A stretch of DNA of 63,949 nt, counting the filler, from Piptocephalis cylindrospora (Eukaryota): the NCBI GenBank assembly GCA_003614145.1. It is 3 parts of 3 records of this genome, joined end to end, with 100 filler letters (N's around TTAATTAATTAA, not from the genome) between each part and the next. Parts side by side here need not be neighbours in the genome. Positions count along the whole stretch, not along the records: positions 1 to 23,647 come from KZ987792.1; positions 23,748 to 46,984 come from KZ987793.1; 1 more part is not named here. One strand, written 5' to 3'. This document shows, piece by piece, positions 13,302 to 25,541 of this stretch (position 1 is the first letter of the stretch; each line of letters opens with the position of its first letter). Below the pieces are notes generated by a model. The model saw nothing but the letters and a program-made list of their open reading frames with translations. It was not told the origin of the DNA and did not search any database. The position numbers were made by a program, and so were the translations under genes.

Positions 13302-14598
13302 TCACTGTTTGGTCATGCCAAGATCATCCATAGGAACTTTGAGGGTCTTGAGGGATTCTAGGACATCTTCATACCCGGTGCCTCGCCTAACTCCACGATG
13401 GACGACGGACTGGACGAAAAGAGAGAGAGAGAGAAAGAGGGAGATATTAGTATGGAAAACTGGATGATTTTACTCAACGCATTTCTATGCAAAATTGAGC
13501 AATCACAACATACAGCAGCATCCATAAGGGTGGACCGGAGTTCCTCTAGTCATAGAAAAGATCAGCCAGCATGAGGGGAGGAAGGGCGAGTGAGAAGGAG
13601 GGTCAGAGATGGCACCAATGCATAGACCTCAAGAACCTACCGTGCTTTGACTCGGAAATTCTTCCGAGTTTGATCGGATTTTCCTCGGGATAATTATCAA
13701 ACAGGATAGAATCCTTCATGGAATCCTGAACGGATTTCTGAGCGAGTTCCTTGTAGACCGATGGCTGGCTTTGATACCTGATGTTGACAGGGGGTTAGTA
13801 TTACCCCATGAGGGACCGAGATAGAAAACACACATACATGGAAAGGGCATCATGGTTAGGGCAATCCCGTTGACGTAATTTGGCGACGGTGGCATGACGA
13901 AAGATATCCTTGACGTAGAGAAGGACATGATGCAGAGTATCCCTCTTGGACCTCCAGATGGGGAAACGTGCTCGAAGGGAAAGGATGCCTGAGGGATCGA
14001 CCAGGGGATGGAAGACATCAGAGATGAAAGTGAGAGTAGGGCCTTGGGCAGGGTAACTTTCTGGAATGGTGAGACGAAACTTGAAGACGGCATTTTCATA
14101 ATCGCCATCATGAAGAAACAAGACACCGTACCAGACTGATATGATGGGAAGAGGCAGGTAAGAAAGGGGGGAGGGGAAGAGAGAGAGAGAGAGAGAGAGA
14201 AGAAAAGTGGAAATTTACCGTGGATGTTATCAGTGGCTGGAATGACATACATCCCCCTAGGACACTGATTCTTGTTCCGAAGATTTGCGCTGGATGATAT
14301 AAAGTTGGACAATTGGTTGGGAGGTTAATGAAGCCAAGATACACCATGATCAATCTAGACCAAGAACTCACTACTCAATCAATAACTCATGGTTCTTATA
14401 TAACTTCAAGAAAGAGTCCCGCTGTTGCCTGGTCTGAACAGAAGACGAGCCTGTGGTGGGGGAAGGACGGAGATTGAGGGAGGGGGACTTGTTCTTGACT
14501 TCGGTGATGGGACGGATAGAGCCATTAACAGGGACTGAATCGATGGCGGAGGGCCTATTGCCCGAGATAGCCGCTAGGGCGGAGCGAGCACGAGCCAT
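13302..14598 (-). CDS. AKTIP: AKTIP/Ft1/Crossbronx-like inactive E2 (UEV) protein
   Basis: Multi-exon gene with PRGMYVIP, VWYGVLFLHDGDYENAVFKFRL and VFHPLVD motifs and no catalytic Cys. The last exon ends at TGA 13302. The true start may lie in a further upstream exon, since an in-frame acceptor-like site lies near 14665. Confidence 0.78.
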
Positions 14599-15722
14599 GG
14601 AAGAAGCACGGTCCCTTCCGTAAGAACTACCGGTTCGACGGTGAGCCCGAGGTGCGACGCCTAGCTATAGGATAAGGAAGGGAAACGAGATGGGGGTGCA
14701 AGGAAGAAGGACATGAGTGCTGTCGGCTGGGAATGTGAGAGGGAGATTGAGGAGCTTACAGAGTCCATCGGTACAATACAAGGAGGGTACTAATTTCTGG
14801 ATAAAAAGAGCGAGAGAAGGTGATGGAGGGGGGGGGGAGAGGAGGAAGAGATGAGAGCGAAGGAAGAAGCAAGAAGGAAGGGAAGGTGATAAGGAAGCAA
14901 TGCCCGGATCATGGCAGCTATCCCCATTCCCTCTGTATATCCTCTGTTCCCAGCCTGCTGTACGAAGGGTCGTGAGTGTGGAGAAGGGAAGGGGAGATAG
15001 GTGACATGTCCAGTGAGTGGGCACAAGGCTGCGGACCCACTCTACACCACACAGCACGGCACGGTCGCGCATCGGAGTTGGCGTGGAGGCTGAGACAGTA
15101 GGAGAGCAGGAGAAGCGCAAGGGTGGTAGTGAGGGGAGGAGGAGGAGGCGGCAGCATGAGATGCTCCCTCTTCCTTTAGATAGTGAGGGGAAGGGATGGG
15201 AAGGGATGGGAAGGGATCCGCATGTCCATCCATCTCCTTCCACCCCCTACACCAGAGGCCTGGAACCACTCATCCCACGCACATCATCACCATCAGAATC
15301 ATCCCTTAGCGGGCTTTGAGAAGATGAGGAGGAAGGTACCCATGCCCCTGGCTGATCATAAGATAGATAAATCAGCAAGATGGGGGGAATTGAAGTGCAC
15401 AAGACGTGGTGATGGCTCAACACTGTATCTGTTAAGGCGTCCTCCTAAATACGTAGTAATAGGAAGATGGGATATACGCGCTGAGCCCTTGATCGGATAA
15501 TCAAGTGTGGCTATGGGCCTTGTGAGAAGGAAGATGAATCCCTGCAGGAACATCTATCCACATAGCTTCTTTAACGACAAAGGATATGTCCATGAGAACG
15601 AAAGCAGCTCTTCCTGGTAAAAAGAAAAACCCATGTATACCACTCTCTCTCTCTCTCATCCCCTCCCTCGTACCATCACCTACCCTCCCCCCATCTCACG
15701 TCGCTTCACCTTGCCCCGAGCC

Positions 15723-17078
15723 TTACTCTACCATGGAGGCAAGGGCGCCAGTGGCTACGCTACTTGCGCTCTCGGCAGCAGCAGCGGCCTTCTTCTGGGC
15801 AGAAAGACGCTTCTCAATCTTGGTGGCGAGAACCTGGGAGCGGAAAGCAAGGTTCTTAGTACGTTCAATGATCTGTTGGTAGACAGTGGGGTAGGAGGAG
15901 CCGAGGTTGACGGTGTTGTCGGCAAAGTCGATCTTGGCATCGACACGGGTATCGCGAATCAGGTTGACGACCCACTTCTCGCCCTCGACACCCTGCATGT
16001 TGAGACGGGCGGTGAGATCAGCGATCTCGACCTTCTTGTGGATGCGGCAGTAGGTCTCGGTGAGGACGCAACGGGCGCTCTCGATAAAGTCGTCAAAGGT
16101 GGCCAGGAGGAAAAAGTCGTTTTCGAGGACGGTGGCGCATTCGAGGAGCTTTTGCTGGGCGCCGTCAAAGTCAAAGTGGACGTAGAGAGCAAGGATGAAC
16201 TCAGTGATGGGGTCAGAGTGGGCGTGGGACTCCTGCTGGATGACGCGGACGAGTTCCTTGATGTAATTCTTGCGACGACGGTTGGTGATGACAGCGGTGG
16301 CGAGGTAGCGAAGGATCCAGGGGCAGGAGGTCTGGATGGTGTTGATGTACGGGGGCTGGAAGAAGAGGTCGATAATGCCGTCACGACCCTTGGCGTGGTT
16401 GAAGAAGACAAAGAGGGACCAATGGATGAGCCAGGTACGCTGCTGCAGCTGATGCAAGGGGTTCTCAAAGATGCGGGACTCGATGGACTCACGGAGGAGA
16501 TGGAGGTCCTGGTAGGCGACATCCCAGTTACCACTGAGGATCTCGGAGGCAAACTTGCCCCAGAGGGCATTGTAGCTGAGTTCGGCATCGGTGGAGAGGA
16601 TACGGTAATGGTAGAGGAGATCGGCGCATGCACCGTACTGGCCCAGCTCGTACTGGTACTGGCCGTACTTGTATAGGGACAAGATCATGGCCTGGGTCAG
16701 ACCATAGTCGCGCTCGAGGAAAGTCTGATTCTGCAGCTTATCCTGGCCAAGAGAGGAAATGACCTCGGGATTTGCAATGATGTCCAGGACCTTATCAGTC
16801 TCGCCACGCAGGGTCTCGTCGAGCTGGAGGATCTCGGCCTCCTTGGCCTTGAGCTCCTCGGAGACCGCGGACTCTCCGTGCATCTCCTTGTAGATGGATC
16901 CGGCAAACTCGGTAAGGCCGGTCTTGACCAAAAGGTCATACTTGGCGCTTAGGAGATCCTCCTTGGGGTAAAGTTCCTTGAGGGAAAGGAAGTGAAGGAG
17001 GGGGTAGATGAGGTGGCGGTCAAAATAGGGGATCATTTGACGGGTGAGGTCATTTTCGACCGACTGAGCGCTGGCCAT
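15723..17078 (-). CDS. INT6: Translation initiation factor eIF3 subunit E
   Basis: Intronless. DRHLIYPLLHFL, ALWGKFASEIL, LQQRTWLIHWSLF, IQTSCPWILRYL and a PCI-domain C-terminus (EKWVVNLIRDTRVDAKID). Strong C-ending codon bias. Confidence 0.97.
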   Translation of the reverse strand: MASAQSVENDLTRQMIPYFDRHLIYPLLHFLSLKELYPKEDLLSAKYDLLVKTGLTEFAGSIYKEMHGESAVSEELKAKEAEILQLDETLRGETDKVLDIIANPEVISSLGQDKLQNQTFLERDYGLTQAMILSLYKYGQYQYELGQYGACADLLYHYRILSTDAELSYNALWGKFASEILSGNWDVAYQDLHLLRESIESRIFENPLHQLQQRTWLIHWSLFVFFNHAKGRDGIIDLFFQPPYINTIQTSCPWILRYLATAVITNRRRKNYIKELVRVIQQESHAHSDPITEFILALYVHFDFDGAQQKLLECATVLENDFFLLATFDDFIESARCVLTETYCRIHKKVEIADLTARLNMQGVEGEKWVVNLIRDTRVDAKIDFADNTVNLGSSYPTVYQQIIERTKNLAFRSQVLATKIEKRLSAQKKAAAAAESASSVATGALASMVE

Positions 17079-18705
17079 GATGGGGAGGAGGGGAGCGGGG
17101 GGGAACAAAGACGCGACCTGGAAGGAAAGGAGAAACGTAGAAGAAAAGCCACCACAAACCAGGAGGAAGGAGCAGAGAGAGGGGGGGTGAAGGAGAGAGG
17201 AGGTGAGGGGGGAAGCAAAAAGGGCGAGCGGGCTTGAGTGAGCGCTTGAGAGGGACAGAGCGGGTCGATGAGAGTGGTAGAAGTGGGGCAGAGGAGGTGA
17301 GAGGGGGCGGGTCCGGCAAAGAAAAAAGGCTACTGAGTATGTGGAGAGGTGTGGGCTGTTGTCGGCACTATGAGCTGGTCTCGACTATAGGCTGTAAATT
17401 ATTTAGAGGGAAAAGTATGCAAGAATTCAAGAAACTTGAAAAAGTGAAATTTCAGACATATTTCCCCATGGAGGAAGCAACAGCATTCGAGCATAGTCTT
17501 TTAGGTGCATTTTCCCATGAAACAATACACTTTTCAATAACAATAGTATTCGAGCATCCTAAACATTGCTTGCAAGCACCCTAAATAGCCCCGAGGAAAA
17601 GTAGCTGAGAAGGTCATTCGCAGCATGAGGGAGGAGGGTATGCTGTATAAATGAGGCAAGAGTATTTTAGCAGGAAATAAAGCATTCACTTTTCATGCAG
17701 TAATTATCATCTAATTTTTATCAATCCCTTTTTCTTTTTGAGAGTCAAAATAAGGAACGACATTGAATATATACAGACAAGAGAGGAGAGGGGTAAGAGG
17801 AATCGAGTGGAGTTGACATTTCGGCGGTCAATTCAGCAGGAAGGTTCATAGCATTAAGCCTATCAATTTGAAAACTCCCAATTTACTATCATCATTAAAT
17901 TAGAGTCCTATTGTTGTTCTACCCGGGAGATTTGTTCACTTGATCCGCTATAGAGGACGAATACACTTCTCTCTCAATAATATCTGTCTTATCTGAGTAT
18001 CTTGCCCCCTGCATCCATGACAAAGGACCTCTCGATTGGATATCGGAGTTTGCACGTCGTAGAACACAGAGACAGCTGATATCAACCCGGATTTCCATAG
18101 AGGCTGAGACAGTGTTGTTGTTATTTGATGGTTCAAGACAGACATGGTTCTTTAGTCAAGAGCTGGGTTGATTTCTTTGCTAACGCGTAAAGTAGAACCT
18201 ATTCCTTTCTTGAGTAGTGCATTGCTATCCTTTTGAAATCGTAATGACTCTTGGAGGGGATGTTACCTTTTTCCTTCTCGAAGGCTAGCTAGGTACTTGG
18301 ATCCGTAAAACTACCAGCAATAGGGAATTGTACAAGCAGAGAACTAGGACGACTCCTCCTTGCCCTTGAATAACACCACTGGCACTGATCGCTCCTCTGA
18401 TGATATCCGAGGAGCTGCACTTGGCTATGTTTCTAGATGATCCATCTATGCTGTTTCCCTAAAACCTTGGCCCTTCTCCCTAATCATCCTGGTTTATGCT
18501 AGCGCGAGCAATAATCACAATGATTACAATACGATGAACAACGTTACAATGGACAGTTCAGGATACCCCTCTACCTCACACAGTCATCTATCTATCCTTT
18601 CAGTCACACTGTCCGCCCTCACTATAGAAAGGTGACAGTCGTGCAGAGCAGCAGTATGATGATATTGACCTTGCCCACTTTGTAGATGCCAGGTCAGCAG
18701 TATGG

Positions 18706-18715
18706 NNNNNNNNNN
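18706..18715. other. Assembly gap (10 N)
   Basis: Run of 10 N followed by poly-C low-complexity sequence. Confidence 0.99.
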
Positions 18716-19131
18716 CTCCCCTCCCCCACCCCCCCTCCTTTCTTTTCCCCCCCCCCCCCCCTCCCCTCTCTCTGGCACTAGCGCACGCACATACAGATAC
18801 ACTCACTCCTAGATACATATAGATACACACATATAGTACACACACACTATCACCCCTCTCCACCAATCACTGAGCTCCTCTCACCACTGACCACGCAATG
18901 TGCGACACAGTCAACTAGAGGCAAGTTGGGAGTCGCAACATGGCCGTACTGCCTTCGACTCCTCTAGCAACATACGCACATCCGACGGCCCGCCGGTTCA
19001 CTCCTCCTTCCAGTGTGTTCGTGGTGTCAATCTCCCCCTACGGTAAGTACTTCCCCATCTAAATGGGAAGGAGCAAAGAAGAGAAGGGAGGGAGGGTATG
19101 ACTAGATGGGATAGGATGGGGGGCAAAGACA

Positions 19132-19210
19132 GATGGATGGATGGGTGAATGGATGGATGGATGGACGGACGGACGGGTTCCTGGAGTGGATGGATGGATG
19201 GATGGATAGA
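19132..19210 (+). repeat. (GGAT)n/(GGAC)n microsatellite
   Basis: Imperfect tetranucleotide repeat seen directly. Confidence 0.9.
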
Positions 19211-20033
19211 TAAATGACTTCTTGAGTCAAGACAATAAGGATCCTTGATAGCTGAGGGAAAGATGGTCGTTGATCCTCTCCATCACCATCCTGCCACGGC
19301 CAAGAAAGGATGGATGGATTGCTTGGATATGAGGAAAGGGAGGAGGATATGGCCAACCCATCCATCCATCCCATCAAGGAGTAAGGGCTCACCTTGACCA
19401 GACCTAGGGCTGGATGCACGATCCATCCAGCCTTCCAGCTGCCTTATTCATCAACGTACCGGTCCTAGCTTGGGTCATGAGACTCCATGGGGGGAGGAGG
19501 GACGTGCAGGGAGGAGTGCATGGCGCGATGGGGATGGGCTGGTCACTAGACGTGGTCGTGTTTCCCAGTCCTGGATGACTCGATCTAGGTCATCTGACCG
19601 AGGATACTCTCAGATGGAGGCCCAAGGGCGGTCCTCTAGGGTGATCACGCAATCTCCTGATTCTGGAGGAAGGAGTGGGGCTCTACACTACCATCCAGAT
19701 GCCTGAGATTCCCAAAGTTCAAACTAGAATGAACCAGAGCCTCGGTCATCGAGAGTCTATCTGTGACTCTGGCTTCTTCCTATTCCCAGGAACGTCAGTC
19801 TTATTCAACTTGATGTGAAATGCCCTGGTCTGAGCTTGGTGACTGGTGTTGCTGAGAACCTTCGTGGCAGTGGTGGAGGAGATGGTGTGTCCCTTTAAAA
19901 GGGTGTCTAGTCTTGCCTATCCTACTCTGTCCTATCCTATCTACTCTTCCTTCCTTCCTTCTCTCTTCTCATCCTTCCTTCCCTCACTCATCCCTCCTCT
20001 CCCCTCCTCCCTTCAGCAAGCAAAAAGACCAAC

Positions 20034-20768
20034 ATGTCCATCAAGGCTCACGCCCCCCGTAACTCGCAGCTCGCCCCCGGCGTGTCCCGCCTCTCCCGCT
20101 CCCAGGTGTACGCCAAGCGTGCCCTGTGGAAGAGGAACAAGAAGGTCGCCTCTGCCTCCGCTGCCGATAAGGCTACCGAGACCCGCTCCGCCGCCGTCAA
20201 GGGCGAGAAGAACGGTACCGAGCGTACCGTTGCCCTGAACAAGGCCTCCCGCTGGTACCCCGCTGAGGACGTGCCCCGTCCCCTGCGTAACCGTAAGGCT
20301 CCTCGCCCCACCAAGATCCGCTCCTCCATCACCCCCGGTACCGTCCTGATCCTCCTGGCCGGTCGCTTCCGTGGTAAGCGCGTTGTCTTCCTCAAGGCCC
20401 TCGAGTCCGGTCTCCTCCTCGTCTCCGGCCCCTACCGCATCAACGGTGTCCCCCTCCGTCGCGTCAACCAGGCCTACGTCATCGCCACCTCCACCAAGGT
20501 CGATGTCTCCGGCGTCTCCGTCCCCGCCTCCATCGACGATGCTTACTTCAAGCGCGAGAAGGCCCCCAAGCAGGCTTCCGATGAGGAGGCTTTCTTCGAT
20601 GGCTCCAAGCCCGTCTCCTCCGGCCCCACCAAGACCCGTATCGCCGACCAGAAGGCCGTCGATGCTTCCCTCCTCAAGGCTGTCGCCGCCGTCCCCAACC
20701 TCCGCGCCTACCTCAACGCCTCCTTCACCCTCACCAAGGGCCAGGCCCCTCATCTCCTCAAGTTCTAA
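20034..20768 (+). CDS. RPL6: 60S ribosomal protein L6 (eL6)
   Basis: SITPGTVLILLAGRFRGKRVVFLK, GPYRINGVPLRRVNQAYVIATSTKVD and C-terminal PHLLKF; extreme codon bias. Confidence 0.98.
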   Translation: MSIKAHAPRNSQLAPGVSRLSRSQVYAKRALWKRNKKVASASAADKATETRSAAVKGEKNGTERTVALNKASRWYPAEDVPRPLRNRKAPRPTKIRSSITPGTVLILLAGRFRGKRVVFLKALESGLLLVSGPYRINGVPLRRVNQAYVIATSTKVDVSGVSVPASIDDAYFKREKAPKQASDEEAFFDGSKPVSSGPTKTRIADQKAVDASLLKAVAAVPNLRAYLNASFTLTKGQAPHLLKF

Positions 20769-21148
20769 GCTCCTTGACTCCGTCTTTCTGCTCCTAGGGT
20801 TCCCGAGGAATGAAATGGGATGTGTCGTGTGTGTTGTGCTCCGGACGATCGTGGTGTAGCGGTGGTGCAAAGAGAGAGATGACTTGGATTGTTGGGCCGG
20901 TTGATTCCTTTCGGTATCGATGGACTGGAGGAGGATGGATCATTGGGCTTTGGGGAAGTGCTTTGGAGGAAGGGAGTTTGAACGTAGATTTCATCCTTCC
21001 ATATCCTTCTCCCTCTCTTGCCTCTATCCTATCCTCTTTCTCTCCTTTGATTTCTCTGTGTTCAATCATCAACAGCAACAAGCTCATTTAACTCTACCAT
21101 CTTTTTCTTTGTTGTGATTCTCATTTCTCTCTCTCTCTCTCCTCTCCT

Positions 21149-22937
21149 TTATGACACGATGCGCCAAATACGCTCTAGACTACCTAGACGGACACGTACG
21201 GTCAGATTGGGATCCTCGACCTCCCGGAGATCCTGCAACAGTTCTCGCATTTTCGGTCTTTTGCCATGGCTTAGGGCCACGAGATGCTGACGCACCAAAT
21301 ACACATCACAAAGGAGTCGGCCCTGCTCGGTCGTGGGGAGGGTAGGGTGGGGACGACGGAGATTCAGGAGCCTCTCGACTCGTCGTAGCACTGCACATGC
21401 CTCCTCTCTAGCCTGTCCTGCACCCATGCCCCGTCGACGCGACCAAGCCCCCTTGACCCATGTTCCCACGGCCCATACCCCTAGGAGGGAGGGAAGGAGG
21501 GCTAGGACGGAAAAGTTGAGCTCATTGGACCGGAGCAGCTGATCTAACGCGGCCATGGCCAGGTCCATATCCACTTTGGTCTTTTGGACCTGGATGAGCA
21601 AGATTCGCATGAGCGAATCAAAGAGTAAGCTTTTGATCGGGGTCTATCATATGGGAGGTCGCATGGTTGTTTTTATGGTCAGTGAGGCCATGAACACATC
21701 TTCGGTCCATCGCTTCTCTATGCTTCTTACCTTCATCTCCTCCTCATAAGCTCGTAGGATGGGCCCGAGATCCCCTACTCGGACCTGCTCAGCTAGAGCA
21801 GCCACCTCAGTATCGGTCAATCGTCGTTGTTCTTGGGCATATGCAAGGACCATGCGTTCAAGGGAGTCCGTATCCGAGGAGAGGCTCTTTTCTCCGGTCA
21901 CGGCAAGTCGTCTTTCCTTGTACCGGATGGTCTTGTAGATTCCCCGGACCGGCTCTACAAGGTAGTCATGGGCAAAAGCCATCAAAGTAAGACGGGCTTC
22001 ATGGATCCAATGGACTAGGTCATGCCACCGGTTCCACACCCCCTTGCCTGTAGTAAAGAGTACTACCGTCCCCCCCACCACCGGGATCCACCACCGGAGG
22101 AGGCCAGAGGGTAGGGCATGGGGCTTGTGCAGTTGTCGACACTCCTCAGAATAGGCAGAGAGGAGAGCCATGGTACGATCCAGGGAGGAGACCAGATTCT
22201 GACCCGGGATAGTCGTCCATGGTAATGCGTCCAGTAGCGCCTTTTCGGTTGCCTGGATTAGATGATCAGCCACTTCCATCGTAGCCTCTGGGGAGACGAG
22301 TGGGGTGGTCTCCCGCATGGGCCACACGGCTGCTAAGGATCCAAGGGCAGAGGCTCGATGATCTCGGAGGCTATCCAGGGCTTTAATGTGCTGGTGCATC
22401 TCCTGTCGCACCATCCCCACTGGTGTGGTCAGTAGACCGGTGAATGTGGTGGGGAAAATTGATATGGGCCGGGACATTGATGATCGTAATCTCGGGACGA
22501 TACGTCTAGGGGAGGCTGATGGGATTTAGGATTGAGTAGAGGAAGAGAAGACGGTGAGTACATCATACCCGCCGGACACTCTCCTCCCTCTAATACTTAC
22601 TCTGTAAAAAGTAATACAGGGACTGGGCAGGCGATCTATATACCTCCTGCCAGTTCCATATATCCTCCGAGAGAGGCAAGGTCGACGTGAGTAGCTGGTC
22701 TAGGGCTGTGGTATAGACCTGGATGGCCAACGAGGCCTTTTCCACACATGCATCGGTCGGGCTGATTTCTTCCTCTGGCAGCTGTCTGGATTCGGTGGTG
22801 GCGGTAGTGGCCAACCGACGATTCAGCTCCCCTTGAGTTAGTGGCCCTGAGGTGGTTCTTACAGATACCTTGTCTGCATAGGGCAGGATGAGTTTTGCGT
22901 GGAGGTCATTGGCCTTTTCGTCCACGAAGCCGTGCAT
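21149..22937 (-). CDS. NCA2: Nuclear control of ATPase protein 2
   Basis: Exons 22937-22601, 22515-21731, 21643-21149. SLSSDTDSLERMV, YEEEMK-TPIKSL and LLIQVQKTKVDMDLAMAALDQLLRSNELNF are Nca2 signatures. Confidence 0.92.
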
Positions 22938-23394
22938 TATAAGTGCGATGAGGGGGAAGAGGAAGGAGCGAGGTTTATTGCTCTAGACCACGACCCTACT
23001 TTCCAGTAGGTCTTTTGGCATGTAATGACGTTTCCTATCTGGGTGGAGACGCGTGTTGCGCTTTGAATGGTAATAATTTCCTCATTGTGTTGTTCTTTGT
23101 CGGGCTGGACGTGTTCTGATTGTCGCTCACACTTTCATTCCATACTGAATGGGAGAGGAGGAGCCATATATTGGGACATCAATGAGGATATACTTCCTCC
23201 ACACTTCTCCCACTAAGGGGAGAACGGTGTTGTCCGCTGGGGCTTGGGGGAAGGCCTCATTGACTCCTGGATAATAACAACATTGTTTGTTATTATTATT
23301 AACATAGGTAATAATATTAGGGAAAAAACATTATCTCATACTGTTTATCTTTGAATCGCTTCGTATATTCACATCAGGAGCCTACTTCCCCCCA

Positions 23395-23509
23395 TACATT
23401 GACCATAGTCCTCTCCGTACATTGACCATGACCCTTTCCGTACATTGACCATGACCCTCTCCGTACATTGACCATGGCCCTCTCCGTACGTTAAATATGG
23501 TCCCCTCCC
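23395..23509 (+). repeat. 23-bp minisatellite (TACATTGACCATGACCCTCTCCG), 4 good copies plus 1 degenerate
   Basis: Units start at 23395, 23418, 23441, 23464 and 23487 with no spacers. Confidence 0.93.
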
Positions 23510-23647
23510 CTCTCCCCCTTCTGTAAGGCCTCTCGCTTGCATTCTGCCTCTGATCCCTTGCCTTCCCTTTAAATTCCCCTAATTTACCCTCCCGGACTTT
23601 TATGGAACTTGAACTTCATCTAGATAGGAGAGGAATGATGGTAACTC

Positions 23648-23747
23648 NNNNNNNNNNNNNNNNNNNNNNNNNNNNNNNNNNNNNNNNNNNNTTAATTAAT
23701 TAANNNNNNNNNNNNNNNNNNNNNNNNNNNNNNNNNNNNNNNNNNNN
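23648..23747. other. Artificial contig-joining linker N44-TTAATTAATTAA-N44
   Basis: Exactly 100 nt; the central 12-mer places stop codons in all six frames. An identical linker is at 46985-47084. Confidence 0.95.
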
Positions 23748-23790
23748 GGTGAGTGATTCAAGTGAAGAAGAGAGATGTAGCCGAAAATAA

Positions 23791-24395
23791 TCATTCTTGG
23801 CGCATGGGTAATACCTTTTGAAGAGAATACGAGACTACGGCGGTTCGATCCGGAAAGGGATCCAGATGTTTCATCATACCCATGGATCTAGCACGACGGA
23901 CCGACCGACTTCCCGATTCTTCCAGATGGGCATCAATGATATCTGCAAAGCGGATTCCATAAGCCTGGTAAAACCATAGAATGACTACACATGGGTATAG
24001 GTAAAGGATGCATGCCGAGGTATAGAACCATCGATATGCCACGGGGTTTCCCAAGTCAATCTCCCAGTACGCGATGACACTCAGACTCCCTCCAACGGCA
24101 AGGACTAGAGGGATGGTGTAGGCTAGTACCTGGGTGGATCGCTTCGTCAGCCCATAGTGGATGGTGTCCATGTCGGTGCGACCCACCAAGGACACCAAGT
24201 GTATAACATGGGGCACTGGCCCGGTAAAAAGGAAAAGGTAAGCGAGGCTCCGGATCAGCTCTCGAGACCAAAAGGACATGGGAGGATCCACTAGCAATAA
24301 AATGGCATGAGTGACGAAAAAAGCCAGGCCAATGCCAAAGAGGAGAGACAAGAGGAGGAGATGGGACCAACGGGAAATACCCCGTTGAATGTCCA
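23791..24395 (-). CDS. Fragment of an unidentified multi-pass membrane protein, in frame with FYV7 and cut off near the contig end
   Basis: At least four hydrophobic segments (LLLLSLLFGIGLAFFV, SLAYLFLFTG, VLAYTIPLVLAVGGSLSVIAYW, ACILYLYPCVVILWFY). It has no start codon of its own; a probable splice donor follows SLQK. Confidence 0.55.
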
Positions 24396-25119
24396 GGTTG
24401 GATAGGACGGGCTGACCCTTCCGTGTCCGTTTGCTCAACCTAACCTTGGTCTGTTCCCGCTCTTTTCTGGATTGGGCTTTTGCCTTTTCCCTGGCCTCTT
24501 TCTCCTTTCGTAATGTCTGCATGGACACGGGCATGAGTGATGCATGTAGGGGCTCTTCATGATTCTACACTTACCTCGAACATGGCAGCTCTCTCTCTAT
24601 CTTGCTGCTCCAGAATGGATTGAGCTCTCTGGTATGGATTGGGTTTTATGGAGGAGGAGGAGGAGGCATCGTGGGTGGGGCCACAGTCCATGCCACTACC
24701 AGTAGCCTCCGTATCCGATCCCGAATTATCCCCTTCCCCCTTGGCTTCCTTATCTAATGCATCCCTCATTGCCATTCTTTCATCCCTTTCCTTCTTCTCC
24801 TCCTTTTGTTGTTCGTCTACTTGAGCAAAGATCTGTCCGAGATGATATAAGTAAGATATAGGAGCCGGTGTTAATCCAGCCCACCGTGACCCACCTCTTT
24901 GTAAAAATCAGGAGTGTCCTCCTCCTGGTCCTGCTTGGCCAGCTCTGAAAAATAGTGTTTCTTGACTTTGGCCTTGTGGATAAGGTCAGCCTTGATCTTG
25001 CCAGCCTTTCCCTTATATGTCGAGCGGATGTTGTTGACATTACCAGGGTTGAAGCCTCCCAACTTTCCCTTGGTTCCAGGGGGCCGTGGGCCCTTTTTTG
25101 CTTTATGAGGGGGTGCCAT
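24396..25119 (-). CDS. FYV7: rRNA-processing protein Fyv7-like (C-terminus runs into an unrelated membrane domain)
   Basis: Exons 25119-24895, 24832-24575 and 24516 onward. KIKADLIHKAKVKKHYF and LSKRTRKGQPVL match the Fyv7 rRNA-processing family; Lys/Glu-rich. Confidence 0.72.
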
Positions 25120-25457
25120 TCTGGGAGGAGGGGGAGGAGGAGGAAGGGATGGAAGAGGGGGAGGAAAAGGGATGAGAGATGAACGTTTCTTGCTAAGAAA
25201 GGGCTCCTAACAAGGACGATCTTTATAGCAACACGATTAAACCTCTAATCAAGTTTATTTCTCCTTACCAGACACAACGGGAGATACCAGCGGTTCAAGG
25301 TAGCGGGCGAATAAAGCTTGAACAAAAAAAACAAAAAAAGTATGCACACTGTCTGACCTGATTCGTTCACTGGTCACCCCAAGTCCTCTAAGTAGAAATA
25401 TGAGCATTGACCGTACACACTCCATCCCTCGGCTGTGGTGGTCGTACATCAACCTCT

Positions 25458-25501
<44 letters not shown>

Positions 25502-25541
25502 CCTCCATCTTCATCCCCCCCCCCTCCCCAACCAACACATC

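Noticed and set aside
15633..16676. 347-aa plus-strand ORF antisense to eIF3e, and similar shadow ORFs over RPL6, ValRS and PSP1
   Set aside because: These are expected by-products of strong C-ending codon bias on the true coding strand, with no independent motifs.
17309..17315. CGGACCC motif upstream of eIF3e, VIP1 (51287) and MRP49 (62967)
   Set aside because: Several occurrences of a 7-mer are expected by chance in 64 kb, and the distances to the start codons are inconsistent.
17600..18700. Possible decayed secreted-protein gene or transposon relic
   Set aside because: It would need several frameshifts, and no transposase, RT or terminal-repeat evidence was found.
19711..19722. CCCAAAGTTCAA, complementary to a remembered fungal 18S rRNA segment (possible snoRNA guide)
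   Set aside because: A 12-nt match is plausible by chance, no properly placed C/D boxes were found, and this organism's 18S sequence is unavailable here.
23395..23509. Possible CRISPR-like array
   Set aside because: The units are directly adjacent with no unique spacers, the context is eukaryotic, and no cas genes are present.
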